IMG/VR virus record: IMGVR_UViG_3300034102_002082
Coordinates: 1 to 64,000 of that record
Direction: 5' to 3' (one strand)
DNA length: 64,000 nucleotides
Source: a virus
Numbering within the stretch: position 1 is the first letter of the stretch; every line of letters starts with the position of its first letter. The notes below the pieces were generated by a model. The model did no database searches. It was given only the letters and a program-made list of their open reading frames with translations, and was not told where the DNA came from. Positions 8,385-17,562 of this stretch are shown here, piece after piece. The translations under genes were made by a program, and so were the position numbers.

Positions 8385-8612
8385 TTATACCGTGAAATTT
8401 ACTTCTATGTATTCCACTGGTTTTGGAACTTGAACGATTATATCTACTGTAAGAACATCGCCTTGTGAATTGACCTCGAAATTACCTTGTTTTATTGCTT
8501 CTCGGATTTGTTCATTTATGTTATCCATATTTTTCTTTCTTCGTTCCCTTGCTTCTCTCAATGATTTTTTCCAACAACTTCCTGTTATTGTATTAAACTT
8601 TGATTTTTTCAC
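8385..8612 (-). CDS. small protein with a tail-sheath C-terminal-like segment
   Basis: GDVLTVDIIVQVPKPVEYIEVNFTV vs sheath RNILYFQLYIQPSKTAEFIIVDFNI. Confidence 0.6.
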   Translation of the reverse strand: MKKSKFNTITGSCWKKSLREARERRKKNMDNINEQIREAIKQGNFEVNSQGDVLTVDIIVQVPKPVEYIEVNFTV

Positions 8613-8622
8613 TTTTGTAATA

Positions 8623-8997
8623 TCATAGATTTTCGGAATATGCGTTTATCGATGTTATTATATCCATCTTCCTTACTCCATTTTTTGTTACATCACCCAA
8701 TCCATTTATCGAGAACTGTAATGAATCTTTACCAAAGAACTCTATTGATTCCGCTAACCTCTTTCCCTCTGGTGTTGTGAGTATTTCAATGTCTATCTCC
8801 ACACATTTTCCACCATCGATAAATTCTACCGATGTTACTATATGTGATGCTTTCATCAATTCAACAGAAGCATTATCGTTGTTCCCGATACAACCGATGG
8901 ATCTACGGTTAATTACTGACTCCGCTACATACTTATCCATCGCGGATTTAAGATACATAGGATCGTAATCATACTGTGACTTTATAATGAATTTCAT
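8623..8997 (-). CDS. prohead protease (gp21/peptidase U9) paralog lacking catalytic residues
   Basis: aligns to 59501..60115 (NRRSIG, ELMKASH, EILTTPEG, SINGLGDVT); His and Asp positions are Asn. Confidence 0.75.
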   Translation of the reverse strand: MKFIIKSQYDYDPMYLKSAMDKYVAESVINRRSIGCIGNNDNASVELMKASHIVTSVEFIDGGKCVEIDIEILTTPEGKRLAESIEFFGKDSLQFSINGLGDVTKNGVRKMDIITSINAYSENL

Positions 8998-9003
8998 CGT
9001 GGT

Positions 9004-9417
9004 TTATTTCTTTGGATATTTATAATTAAAGGATATTAATCCATAATCCATAAATCTCTTTATTAATTCTAATGAGCCATTTTTACCTGTACCGAGAGAT
9101 ATATAATTATCTCCCTGCATTCCTTGTTCGGTATAATCAATATCATCTGCGCATTTCTTTGATATACCAAATAGACCAATCATTTCTTTCCTGAACTGTG
9201 TGATCCATAGTTTATCTGTATATACTAATCCGTGCTTTTCTACATTCCACGACTTTTTTGTGAAGTGCGCTTCGAAATTTACCATGTTTAGATCTGAATC
9301 TACATAAGATACTGATAGTCCATGGATATCTACATCTCTTTCGACTTTACTCCACAGTCCGTTTCCGCCTGTTCTACATATATTTGCGTGGAATTTATAT
9401 GGTTTTGTTTTTTTCAT
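9004..9417 (-). CDS. hypothetical phage protein
   Basis: ORF 9004..9492; likely ATG at 9417 (MKKTKP); GLVYTD and YTEQGMQG motifs. Confidence 0.65.
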   Translation of the reverse strand: MKKTKPYKFHANICRTGGNGLWSKVERDVDIHGLSVSYVDSDLNMVNFEAHFTKKSWNVEKHGLVYTDKLWITQFRKEMIGLFGISKKCADDIDYTEQGMQGDNYISLGTGKNGSLELIKRFMDYGLISFNYKYPKK

Positions 9418-9431
9418 TATCAACAATTCAC

Positions 9432-9845
9432 TTATTCTACTTCTTCTATCTGAACATCTTCCGAATAGTAACCGTTCGACGTTCCTATCCAACGAATTTG
9501 AACTTTGGTGTTACCTGTTTCGAATAGGTACGTTGTCCATGTCCACGATTCTGGTGAATATTTTCCTTTTTCTACATCGTTTGGCCAATCAGAAAAATCC
9601 CGATCATCACCATTGCAGGATTTTTCGGTAGCATTAGTTATGGTAGATCCAATAAGAGATTGTAGTTCTTCCTTTATATCATGTATTACTACAGATTCGC
9701 AACAATCTGGGTTGTGGAATATCCTATATTTCTTACCATTTTCTAGTTCAAAATGAATTTCATCATCTTGGCTTGTGTTGATATGCTTGATGGATTTGAT
9801 TGTCTCTCCTCGAAACGTCGATGCGTCTAAATATTTGTATGACAT
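9432..9845 (-). CDS. conserved phage protein (DUF7448-like)
   Basis: HNPDCCESV, SWTWTTY, IRWIGTSNGYYSE motifs. Confidence 0.7.
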   Translation of the reverse strand: MSYKYLDASTFRGETIKSIKHINTSQDDEIHFELENGKKYRIFHNPDCCESVVIHDIKEELQSLIGSTITNATEKSCNGDDRDFSDWPNDVEKGKYSPESWTWTTYLFETGNTKVQIRWIGTSNGYYSEDVQIEEVE

Positions 9846-9854
9846 ATAATTATT

Positions 9855-10373
9855 TTATTTATGTATAGCGTAGAACTTCATGGAATCATCATTAGATACG
9901 ACGAATTCGACCTTATCACTAGCTTCCGCCATAGACATTGCCTTGAAGAACATCATACTATCTACGAAATTCATCACAGTTACGGTTGCTTTCTTTCCAT
10001 CATTTTCCATTGCTTTAAACATATCAGGATAATTCTTCTTGATATCTTCGCGCAACTCCACGTTGTTTTTGAATGTTGTATCTAGTGAATTTTGCAGAAA
10101 ATTAATATTGTCTCTAACAAAACTATGTTGTTGTAGGAAATCTCCTTTTGTGATTTCGGAGAAAGCTTTAATGAATTCTTCGGCTTTGATTGGTTGCTGA
10201 TATGCAGTATCTCCGAAGTAGTTATAAGCCAATTCTATAAACAATTTTGCGTATCGTTGACTTACTTTCATTCCTAGCTTCTTGATATATTCTGCGGTTA
10301 TCTTTCCGCTCACTTGACCTTTTCTTTTTACTTTCGCTTTACCGAACGCTCCTGATGTATTTTTGTTTTTCAT
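9855..10373 (-). CDS. hypothetical protein
   Basis: 172 aa, operon packing. Confidence 0.7.
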   Translation of the reverse strand: MKNKNTSGAFGKAKVKRKGQVSGKITAEYIKKLGMKVSQRYAKLFIELAYNYFGDTAYQQPIKAEEFIKAFSEITKGDFLQQHSFVRDNINFLQNSLDTTFKNNVELREDIKKNYPDMFKAMENDGKKATVTVMNFVDSMMFFKAMSMAEASDKVEFVVSNDDSMKFYAIHK

Positions 10374-10374
10374 T

Positions 10375-10878
10375 TTATTTTTTAATTAATCTTTTTATAA
10401 TTGCCATGAATCCATATTCTGTGAATGTGTTTTTGGGGAAAATTGGTTTGCTATCGTTTTCATTTATCTCTCTTGCTTTCGGTACTTGTATATGTACATA
10501 CTTACCTTCCGAATATGCTTCATTTAATGGTACACCATCCGGCATATCGAACTTTATCGATATTCCTTTTTTCTTGGATATGAATTGCCCATAATCTAGC
10601 TTATTGCGTATTGCCATACGATCACTATATAAAGTCACATTTTCCCTGTCGTGGTATATAACCTCAAAAACATGATCAAATATTTTTACTTCCGGTCCAA
10701 ATCCTGTTCTGTTTTCGTGTGTGATTTCAATATCAATATGTGGGGGTAATTCAAATTTTACTCGAATATTTTTTAGTATTTCTAAGTAATCCTCTTCCTG
10801 CTTTTTCTTTAATTGTTCTATCCGAATAGCTACAAGATCTATAGCTTCACTCTCATAAATTTCTTTGGTTGTTTTCAT
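10375..10878 (-). CDS. hypothetical protein
   Basis: ORF 10375..10893; the -10 of a TTGCTT-N16-TAACAT promoter overlaps the first ATG, so the start is probably 10878. Confidence 0.65.
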   Translation of the reverse strand: MKTTKEIYESEAIDLVAIRIEQLKKKQEEDYLEILKNIRVKFELPPHIDIEITHENRTGFGPEVKIFDHVFEVIYHDRENVTLYSDRMAIRNKLDYGQFISKKKGISIKFDMPDGVPLNEAYSEGKYVHIQVPKAREINENDSKPIFPKNTFTEYGFMAIIKRLIKK

Positions 10879-10956
10879 TTTTATTATCTTCATGTTACAC
10901 GAATATACTAGGAAAGCAATATAATTCTATTACGTACGAAACTTTTCTTTACTATC

Positions 10957-11577
10957 CTACTTCTTAAAAAGCGTGACACTTACCATTCTCGTTACTTTTC
11001 CAAGTCCTTTGTATGGATATATATTAACATCGTTTCGCCAGCCATGTTTCAAGAACCCATTCTTTATATCTATGTCATTCTTCAAAAAATCCATTATCTC
11101 TTCCGGTTCTCTGTATTTTACGTTATGATTCTCGAACAAAACATTAACGTTAAATAATACCTCCTTATATGGGCTTAGTAATTTGAATATTTTTTTTATG
11201 TTTTCCTTTTCGGTTTGGAAGGTTCTTAGTAGGTCTAGATTTACGACTGCTGGATTATAATTTTTTGTTCTCGACATTACTCCATAGAAATCTCCGTGGT
11301 AGAAATTTCCAATGTTTAATTTCTTGTTTTCTTTTATTATTTCCTCATTCGTATCAACACCATGAAAATTTTCCGGAGATTGTATGAATCCAGACGATAA
11401 AATCTGATGGAGTTCCGATTCTTCTAATATGGTTTTTGTTTCTTTATTTATACATTCTGCACAAAGAGTCCAGTATTGTTTGTTTTCTTGTATATTGGAT
11501 TTACCAAAAGATTTTTTATATGGGAGAATTATGGTTTCTTCTCTGGATTTTTTCTTGTCTTGGAAGGTGAATTTCAT
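10957..11577 (-). CDS. hypothetical protein, possible SAM-dependent methyltransferase-like fold
   Basis: FHGVD, FYHGDF, VVNLDL pattern; 4-nt overlap with the helicase stop. Confidence 0.55.
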   Translation of the reverse strand: MKFTFQDKKKSREETIILPYKKSFGKSNIQENKQYWTLCAECINKETKTILEESELHQILSSGFIQSPENFHGVDTNEEIIKENKKLNIGNFYHGDFYGVMSRTKNYNPAVVNLDLLRTFQTEKENIKKIFKLLSPYKEVLFNVNVLFENHNVKYREPEEIMDFLKNDIDIKNGFLKHGWRNDVNIYPYKGLGKVTRMVSVTLFKK

Positions 11578-14405
11578 CTATACTTCCTACTCGATGGGTG
11601 AGGGTTATTGAAAAAATGGCTTATTTTTACATCAAATCCATCCCACGGGTTTTTATAGTATCCAGCTTCCACTAATTTGTGAGTATCTACATAATCGATC
11701 CACATTTTACTATTGGTTATACCGTTATTTCGCATAATGATTACATGTTCACTAATTGATCTATAATATTTTTTTCCGAAAATTGAATCATAAAACACCT
11801 TTTCGTTATTGCAGAATACTTTTCCCGGATATTTGTAATAATTTTGATCCTCCAATTTATTTTCTATGTGATATTTCTTCCACCCAACAACTCCAGTGAT
11901 ATTCAATTTCTTTATTAAGTCGATATGTTCTTGTTTTGTCCTGTAACCTCCCCATACTGAATTGAAGAACTCACACACTGTCAATTTTCTCCATGGATGT
12001 TTTAAATATCCACTCTCCAATAATTTATTTTCTTCGTAGTATTTCTTCCAACTACAACTATTTGTTATTTTGTGTATCTTTATTAGATCGATATGATCGA
12101 CCAAAGATTTTCTTCCGAACAGGTCGGTAATTTTTACATTAAATGTTGTCCATGGGTTTGAATAATATCCACTTTCCGATAATTTATTTTCTTTGTGGTA
12201 TTTCTTCCAACGACCACTATAGGTAATTTTTAGTTTCTTTATCAGATCGATGTGGTCCTGTTTTGTTTTATAGATAATATCCCCATTTATATAGTTAAAA
12301 AATTCTTTTTCTGTCATGTTATGCGTTCTCCATGGTTGGGACTTATATCCTATATCGGATAATCTATTTTTCCTACGATATTTATGCCACCCGTGGCTAC
12401 CAGTAATATTCGTTTTTTTTATTAGATTTACGTGTTCATCAAAAGATTTCTTTTCTCCCCATATAAAACGGAAGAAATCCTTTATCGTCATGTTGAATGC
12501 CTTCCATGGATTTATGTAATATCCATTATGTGCCAATTTATTCTCGTTGTGATGTTTCATCCAATATTTACTTCCCCTAATTTTTGTGCTTTTTATTAGA
12601 TTTACGTGTTCATCAAAAGATTTCTTTTCTCCAATTAATTTAAAAATTTCTTTCCTATAATCTAGAATATTTTTACTTGAAAGTAGATCACTACAGAAAT
12701 TGAACAAAAATCCGGTTGTGTCAACTGTATTTAAAAAATCATATTCGATATTATTAATATCTATATTGGAGCTTCTACTTAATATTGAAAGAGCACATTC
12801 GTTCAAAATCATACTGGCAATATCCTCTACACATTTATCTGAGACATCCTTAATGTTAATATTCCATCTGACCGAAGTTTTCATTATTTCTAACCTAACA
12901 ACAAAAAACTTTTTCGCTTCTTCATTTTCACTTGATAATCTGGAGAATGTTTTTATCGCTTCCACTCTCAACTTATTCTGTGCAATGTCATCTCCTATAA
13001 TCGATAATGGATTCTCTCGTGTAATATTTTCATATCCATCACCCTGTTTATTGTCATTCTTTATTCTAAGATAAACCGGCTTGAAGAAATTAGCCAAGCT
13101 CATAGATGCAACTATGAACTTCAAATGATTGTTTAGTATCTCCCTCGCGTTGTCCTCTCCAATATTTAAATCATGTGGAAGTAACATAGTAACTCGACAA
13201 AATGTTTTGTCCTTAAAGTCTCTAGTAACTCTACCAGCCATCTGAATAATGTTTCCGTAGCTATCCCTTATACCGTGAATTATGCAATGCTGTAGTGGAG
13301 GATAGTCGCTTCCTTCCATGAACATCTTCATTGCGATTATTACATCGACAACGAAAGATTTATCATCCTTACTAACTTTTCTTATATATTCTTTCGCATT
13401 ACATTGAAATGTCTCTGATACTAGGTCAGCAACAATCAACATCTTTCCGGATGTAGTTTTTATGGAATAAGTTCCTGTTTTTTTATCTTCAGAAACAATT
13501 TCTCCAATACTTTCTACTACATTTTTTACGATTCTATGTTTCTTTACTTTTCCCTCCATAGCCACTTTCGGGTGGATAAATATGATAGTTTTAAGTCGTT
13601 CGTCAAAACAGTTTTTCAGTCCTTCATGCACATCAGTCTTATAAACAGCATAATTAAACTGGATTTGTTTGTTGTAGAATCTACACTCATCTTGTACTCT
13701 ATAAAATGGAACTTCGAAATGAATAAACCCAGATTGTTGATCGGTAGGAATAATAGTCGTCTCATCGGTTCTAAAATGTGTCGCGGTGACAAGTAATATA
13801 CTATTAGATGATTCATTTAACGTGTCTAGAAAAATCTTTCCAACTTTATTGGGGTTAAAATTTCCTTGATAGTCCTCACCAGTAGATACATGATGTGCTT
13901 CATCAACAATAAGTTTTATATTTTTGTATTCACCGGAATCTTTCACTATATCATACGCTCCACATAAAGTCTGTTGGCAACATACTATTGTTCTTAGGTC
14001 TGGATTTTCTGGACATGACCTAATAAAATCAACCATGGAGTGTATGGTTTTTTCCGAATCGTCTCTACATAGATTATCACTTACCGACCATAACACTGTC
14101 TCTCCACTACCTAATAGTAGCATTTCAGATCCAAATTCCGCACCAATTGCAGTTTGTGGAACCACTATTATGGATTTGTTATATCTAGATTTGGCATTCC
14201 ATTTGTGGCTGGAAACTTTAATTGCTCTACTCTTACCTGCTCCAGTGGAAGCAACTAGACTTACTTTCAGATTCTCACAAATTTCTTCAAATTCCGATTG
14301 CCACTTAAAAGGTGATGGGCACGACAGTTCATCATCCGTAAATGGTTGAACTTCTAGGTTTCTGGTTATTTTATATCCTAATTTCCAAATAGAGAAAGAT
14401 TTCAT
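11574..14405 (-). CDS. superfamily 2 (DEAH) helicase with C-terminal tandem repeats
   Basis: ASTGAGKS, IVDEAHH, TAT, MFMEGSDYP, QMAGRVTR; about six ~55-aa repeats (H(V/I)xLIK...WxKY..ENKL...GY...PW). Confidence 0.85.
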   Translation of the reverse strand: MKSFSIWKLGYKITRNLEVQPFTDDELSCPSPFKWQSEFEEICENLKVSLVASTGAGKSRAIKVSSHKWNAKSRYNKSIIVVPQTAIGAEFGSEMLLLGSGETVLWSVSDNLCRDDSEKTIHSMVDFIRSCPENPDLRTIVCCQQTLCGAYDIVKDSGEYKNIKLIVDEAHHVSTGEDYQGNFNPNKVGKIFLDTLNESSNSILLVTATHFRTDETTIIPTDQQSGFIHFEVPFYRVQDECRFYNKQIQFNYAVYKTDVHEGLKNCFDERLKTIIFIHPKVAMEGKVKKHRIVKNVVESIGEIVSEDKKTGTYSIKTTSGKMLIVADLVSETFQCNAKEYIRKVSKDDKSFVVDVIIAMKMFMEGSDYPPLQHCIIHGIRDSYGNIIQMAGRVTRDFKDKTFCRVTMLLPHDLNIGEDNAREILNNHLKFIVASMSLANFFKPVYLRIKNDNKQGDGYENITRENPLSIIGDDIAQNKLRVEAIKTFSRLSSENEEAKKFFVVRLEIMKTSVRWNINIKDVSDKCVEDIASMILNECALSILSRSSNIDINNIEYDFLNTVDTTGFLFNFCSDLLSSKNILDYRKEIFKLIGEKKSFDEHVNLIKSTKIRGSKYWMKHHNENKLAHNGYYINPWKAFNMTIKDFFRFIWGEKKSFDEHVNLIKKTNITGSHGWHKYRRKNRLSDIGYKSQPWRTHNMTEKEFFNYINGDIIYKTKQDHIDLIKKLKITYSGRWKKYHKENKLSESGYYSNPWTTFNVKITDLFGRKSLVDHIDLIKIHKITNSCSWKKYYEENKLLESGYLKHPWRKLTVCEFFNSVWGGYRTKQEHIDLIKKLNITGVVGWKKYHIENKLEDQNYYKYPGKVFCNNEKVFYDSIFGKKYYRSISEHVIIMRNNGITNSKMWIDYVDTHKLVEAGYYKNPWDGFDVKISHFFNNPHPSSRKYR

Positions 14406-14429
14406 TTTTATTGTGATATTTATACTAAG

Positions 14430-14669
14430 ATGTTAAGAAAGCAATACAATTCTCTCGTTTCTACTACTAAAGGTAGTATACAGAATCTATTGAATGGTGA
14501 GAAAGTTTTATCGGATCAAGAACTTACAAATCACAGAAGAAAGATCTGCCTACAGTGTCCACAATGGGACGCTACTGGTTTTCTTGGCGTAGGAAAATGT
14601 AACGCTTGTGGTTGCTCCGGTTACAAATTAAACATCAGAGCGTCTACTTGTCCTGAGATGAAGTGGTGA
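14430..14669 (+). CDS. small Cys-rich zinc-binding protein (DUF6171-like)
   Basis: RRKICLQCPQW...GKCNACGC...CPEMKW; ATATTTATA motif upstream. Confidence 0.7.
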   Translation: MLRKQYNSLVSTTKGSIQNLLNGEKVLSDQELTNHRRKICLQCPQWDATGFLGVGKCNACGCSGYKLNIRASTCPEMKW

Positions 14670-14874
14670 TTGACTTTTTATATTTAACTACCGATTCAAA
14701 TATCTCTGTTTTTATAGCAATAAATTCTTCTTCGTCTGCGCCGAAAATTTCTCGATTGGATGCTGCCATAGATATTAATACTTTGACTATGTTATCTCTG
14801 CTCTCGATTGGATTATTTCTATCCATTAAAAATGCTAATGCTTGATCGTAATGATGTTCCGCTATTGGTGTCAT
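14644..14874 (-). CDS. hypothetical protein
   Basis: 76 aa following the nucleotidase. Confidence 0.5.
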   Translation of the reverse strand: MTPIAEHHYDQALAFLMDRNNPIESRDNIVKVLISMAASNREIFGADEEEFIAIKTEIFESVVKYKKSITTSSQDK

Positions 14875-14877
14875 AAT

Positions 14878-15438
14878 TTATTTAGAAAAGTGTTCTGTAA
14901 TTAGTTCTTTTACGTGATTGATATGCTTACCATCGTCACTATAATAATCAACATCTCTGTTCCATAACTGCGGGAATAACAATCCATTGCCTCCCCATTG
15001 AACAAATGAGTCGATCTGTGTTTCGGTATCATCAATCAAGATCTTGTTCGGAGAAGCCAATAAATACTTATGTCTCGTCAATATGGTTCTACTAATCATG
15101 TGCGGATAATGCTTTTTAATCCACTTCATTTTGCCGGAACAACACAATGGATTTCTCGATGGTGCTGTTAGGAAAAAAGTAGAACCACTTTTTTCGCAGA
15201 AACGGAGTAGGTCATCTGCCCAAGGATACTTCTCCAAGTTTTCCCAGAAAGATTCTCCACCAGCATCAATTGCTTCCCAAAAATGTTCGGTGGTTACATT
15301 TACACCATTCCATTTTTCTATAGGATGTACACCCTTTGGTACGGAGTAATCGGTTATGTTAAGTGCTTTCATTGCCCCACGGACAAACATAGCCATAACT
15401 CCATCTAAATCAATTAGATATATTTTTTTATTTTTCAT
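14878..15438 (-). CDS. HAD-family 5'(3')-deoxyribonucleotidase (NT5C-like)
   Basis: DLDGV motif I, FLTAP, GKMKWIKKH, LIDD motif. Confidence 0.85.
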   Translation of the reverse strand: MKNKKIYLIDLDGVMAMFVRGAMKALNITDYSVPKGVHPIEKWNGVNVTTEHFWEAIDAGGESFWENLEKYPWADDLLRFCEKSGSTFFLTAPSRNPLCCSGKMKWIKKHYPHMISRTILTRHKYLLASPNKILIDDTETQIDSFVQWGGNGLLFPQLWNRDVDYYSDDGKHINHVKELITEHFSK

Positions 15439-15509
15439 ATTTAATCATTACAACATATTTTTTACTGATGTCAATATTATTCTATCGTTTTTGTATTATA
15501 TTTATAGAC

Positions 15510-16547
15510 ATGGAAACACATAATAGCGAAATTAGTAAACGAAACGATTTAATATTGATTAGATATAAATCTGGGGTACATAGAATGGACATATTGAAAG
15601 AATTTCACATAACACAGAAAAAATATAGAGAAATAATACAAGGGTTTGGATTAAAAACGAAAAGGAATTTTATTAGACCAACGAGTTTACATAAACTAGA
15701 TATACATATTTTTGATAGTGTAGATTCATCAGATAAAGCATATTGGTTGGGATATCTCATGGCTGACGGTGGTATCATAAATCCGCGCAGATTTTCGTTA
15801 ATATCCAAAGATTTAGAAGTTTTAGAAAAATTCAAAATGTTCTTGTCTACGACTATTCCAATTATACATAATAAAAATTTTGACGACAGAACACAAAAAA
15901 CATATGAGTCATATCAAATGTTGATAAATTCTTCATATATGGTTGAAAAATTAAATGAATATCATATAAACAAAGAAAAATCATATAACGCTAAATTTCC
16001 AGATATAGATGAGAAATATTATCCTGACTATATCCGTGGGGTATTTGATGGTGATGGTTCTATCTTCAAGAAATTAAAATCAAATTTTGGAGTATCTATA
16101 ATAGGAACGGAGGAGATAACTAAATTTATGAAAGAATATTTTATAAAAACTTTTAATTTCTCCGATGTGAAATTTGGTAAAGTATGCGATAATAAAAAAG
16201 CAAAACAATTTAAACTTTATATACACAGACATGAAGATTTAATCAATTTTTATAATTTTATATATAACGATAAAAATTCATGTCGATTAACGAGAAAATT
16301 TATTAAGTTTAATGAACTGATAGAAATATATAAAAACCGACCGGTATACATTTCAAAGCCACGGGGGAAATCTTATAAAAAAAGAGAACTTCCTTATGCT
16401 ATATATAAGAATGGTAAAAAATTAAGTGTCGGTGTCTCTATAGGGAAATCTAAAATAAAATGGATAGGTACGTTCCAAACAATTGAATTGGCGAAAGAGG
16501 CAAGAAATAAATATTTATCGGAACATGGAATCCCAATAACGGATTAA
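15510..16547 (+). mobile_element. free-standing LAGLIDADG homing endonuclease with an AP2-like C-terminus
   Basis: KAYWLGYLMADG and DYIRGVFDGDGS; C-terminal WIGTFQTIELAKEARN; start at 15510 after ATATTTATA. Confidence 0.85.
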
Positions 16548-16549
16548 TT

Positions 16550-16765
16550 TTACTGTCTTTTTCCTCTTTCGATCATCATCGAATCAGCAAGTAATGCTGC
16601 ATTTTCGCAAGCAGTACGAACATTATCAATATTAAATATACGAGTTGATTCATTAGCTAACATGCCAGTAATAGCAGATTTTGCATATTCGTCCCATACC
16701 GACATAATATTTTTCGATAGTATTGATGTTGATTCTTTTGGTGCTATTTTTGATAGTGGTTCCAT
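16550..16765 (-). CDS. small conserved phage protein (DxFAxxAxxG...ADAMxxxR type)
   Basis: WDEYAKSAITGMLA...AALLADSMMIER. Confidence 0.6.
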   Translation of the reverse strand: MEPLSKIAPKESTSILSKNIMSVWDEYAKSAITGMLANESTRIFNIDNVRTACENAALLADSMMIERGKRQ

Positions 16766-16915
16766 AAATTTTAATTCTTATTAATGTATTTTTTCCATAG
16801 TGCCATCGACACACATATCCCCACGAAAAATACACCGTATGTTGATGGCTCTGGTACTACTGGATAATGAGGATTCCGCAAGTTATCCCACCCATTTCTT
16901 TGCTGCGCTAAAAAA

Positions 16916-17296
16916 TTATATATCTTTGGCATGTAATGTATTTATAAATTCTTCTATTTTTTCTTTTATTACGTCTCCGTGGCAAGCAACTTCTCTGTCC
17001 GGTTCCTTGCACCAACAACGTAACGCGAGGTTCTTACCAGACAGAACAATGTTTGTCAACTCTAAAATAGCATCTAATTTTTGACCATATGCATTTATAT
17101 CGGCATCGATCAATTCTCTGTATTTTTGTATGACGTTACTTCTCTCTACAGTGTCATGTCTATTGTTCAAAATAAATGGATTTCCTAATACTCTGTTAGT
17201 CCGGTCTATGTCAACCACGATTTCATTATCTCTCTTTTTGAACATTCCTTTTCTTTTACTCACTACTCGAACACCGATTGTCTCTTGCTTTTGCAT
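16916..17296 (-). CDS. DUF4326 domain protein
   Basis: IDRT..LGNPF, LALRCWCK, CHGDVI. Confidence 0.85.
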   Translation of the reverse strand: MQKQETIGVRVVSKRKGMFKKRDNEIVVDIDRTNRVLGNPFILNNRHDTVERSNVIQKYRELIDADINAYGQKLDAILELTNIVLSGKNLALRCWCKEPDREVACHGDVIKEKIEEFINTLHAKDI

Positions 17297-17561
17297 ATGC
17301 TATAATCTCCGATAGTATTTTAGTTGTGTTATCGTTCATTATTGAATCAATTATACATTTATTATCATCATCGTAATGACAATCGTTCTCCGAACAAAAT
17401 ACTATTTGGTCAAAAAAAGTGATTTGGAATGACGCAGAATTGGTAATATATTGATATGGATAATAATCAATTTCTTTTCCGGTATATTCAAATACTATTC
17501 TAGCATAATCCAGATTAAGATCATAAACATGGTCTAATATATCCTGTACTTCGTTTTTCAT
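17256..17561 (-). CDS. hypothetical protein
   Basis: 101 aa downstream of guaC. Confidence 0.55.
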   Translation of the reverse strand: MKNEVQDILDHVYDLNLDYARIVFEYTGKEIDYYPYQYITNSASFQITFFDQIVFCSENDCHYDDDNKCIIDSIMNDNTTKILSEIIAYAKARDNRCSSSE

Positions 17562-17562
17562 A

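Noticed and set aside
15510-16547. Group I intron around the LAGLIDADG gene
   Set aside because: Flanking genes are intact and on the opposite strand, with no room for an intron core; it appears free-standing. The GIY-YIG gene at 52542 likewise interrupts no gene.
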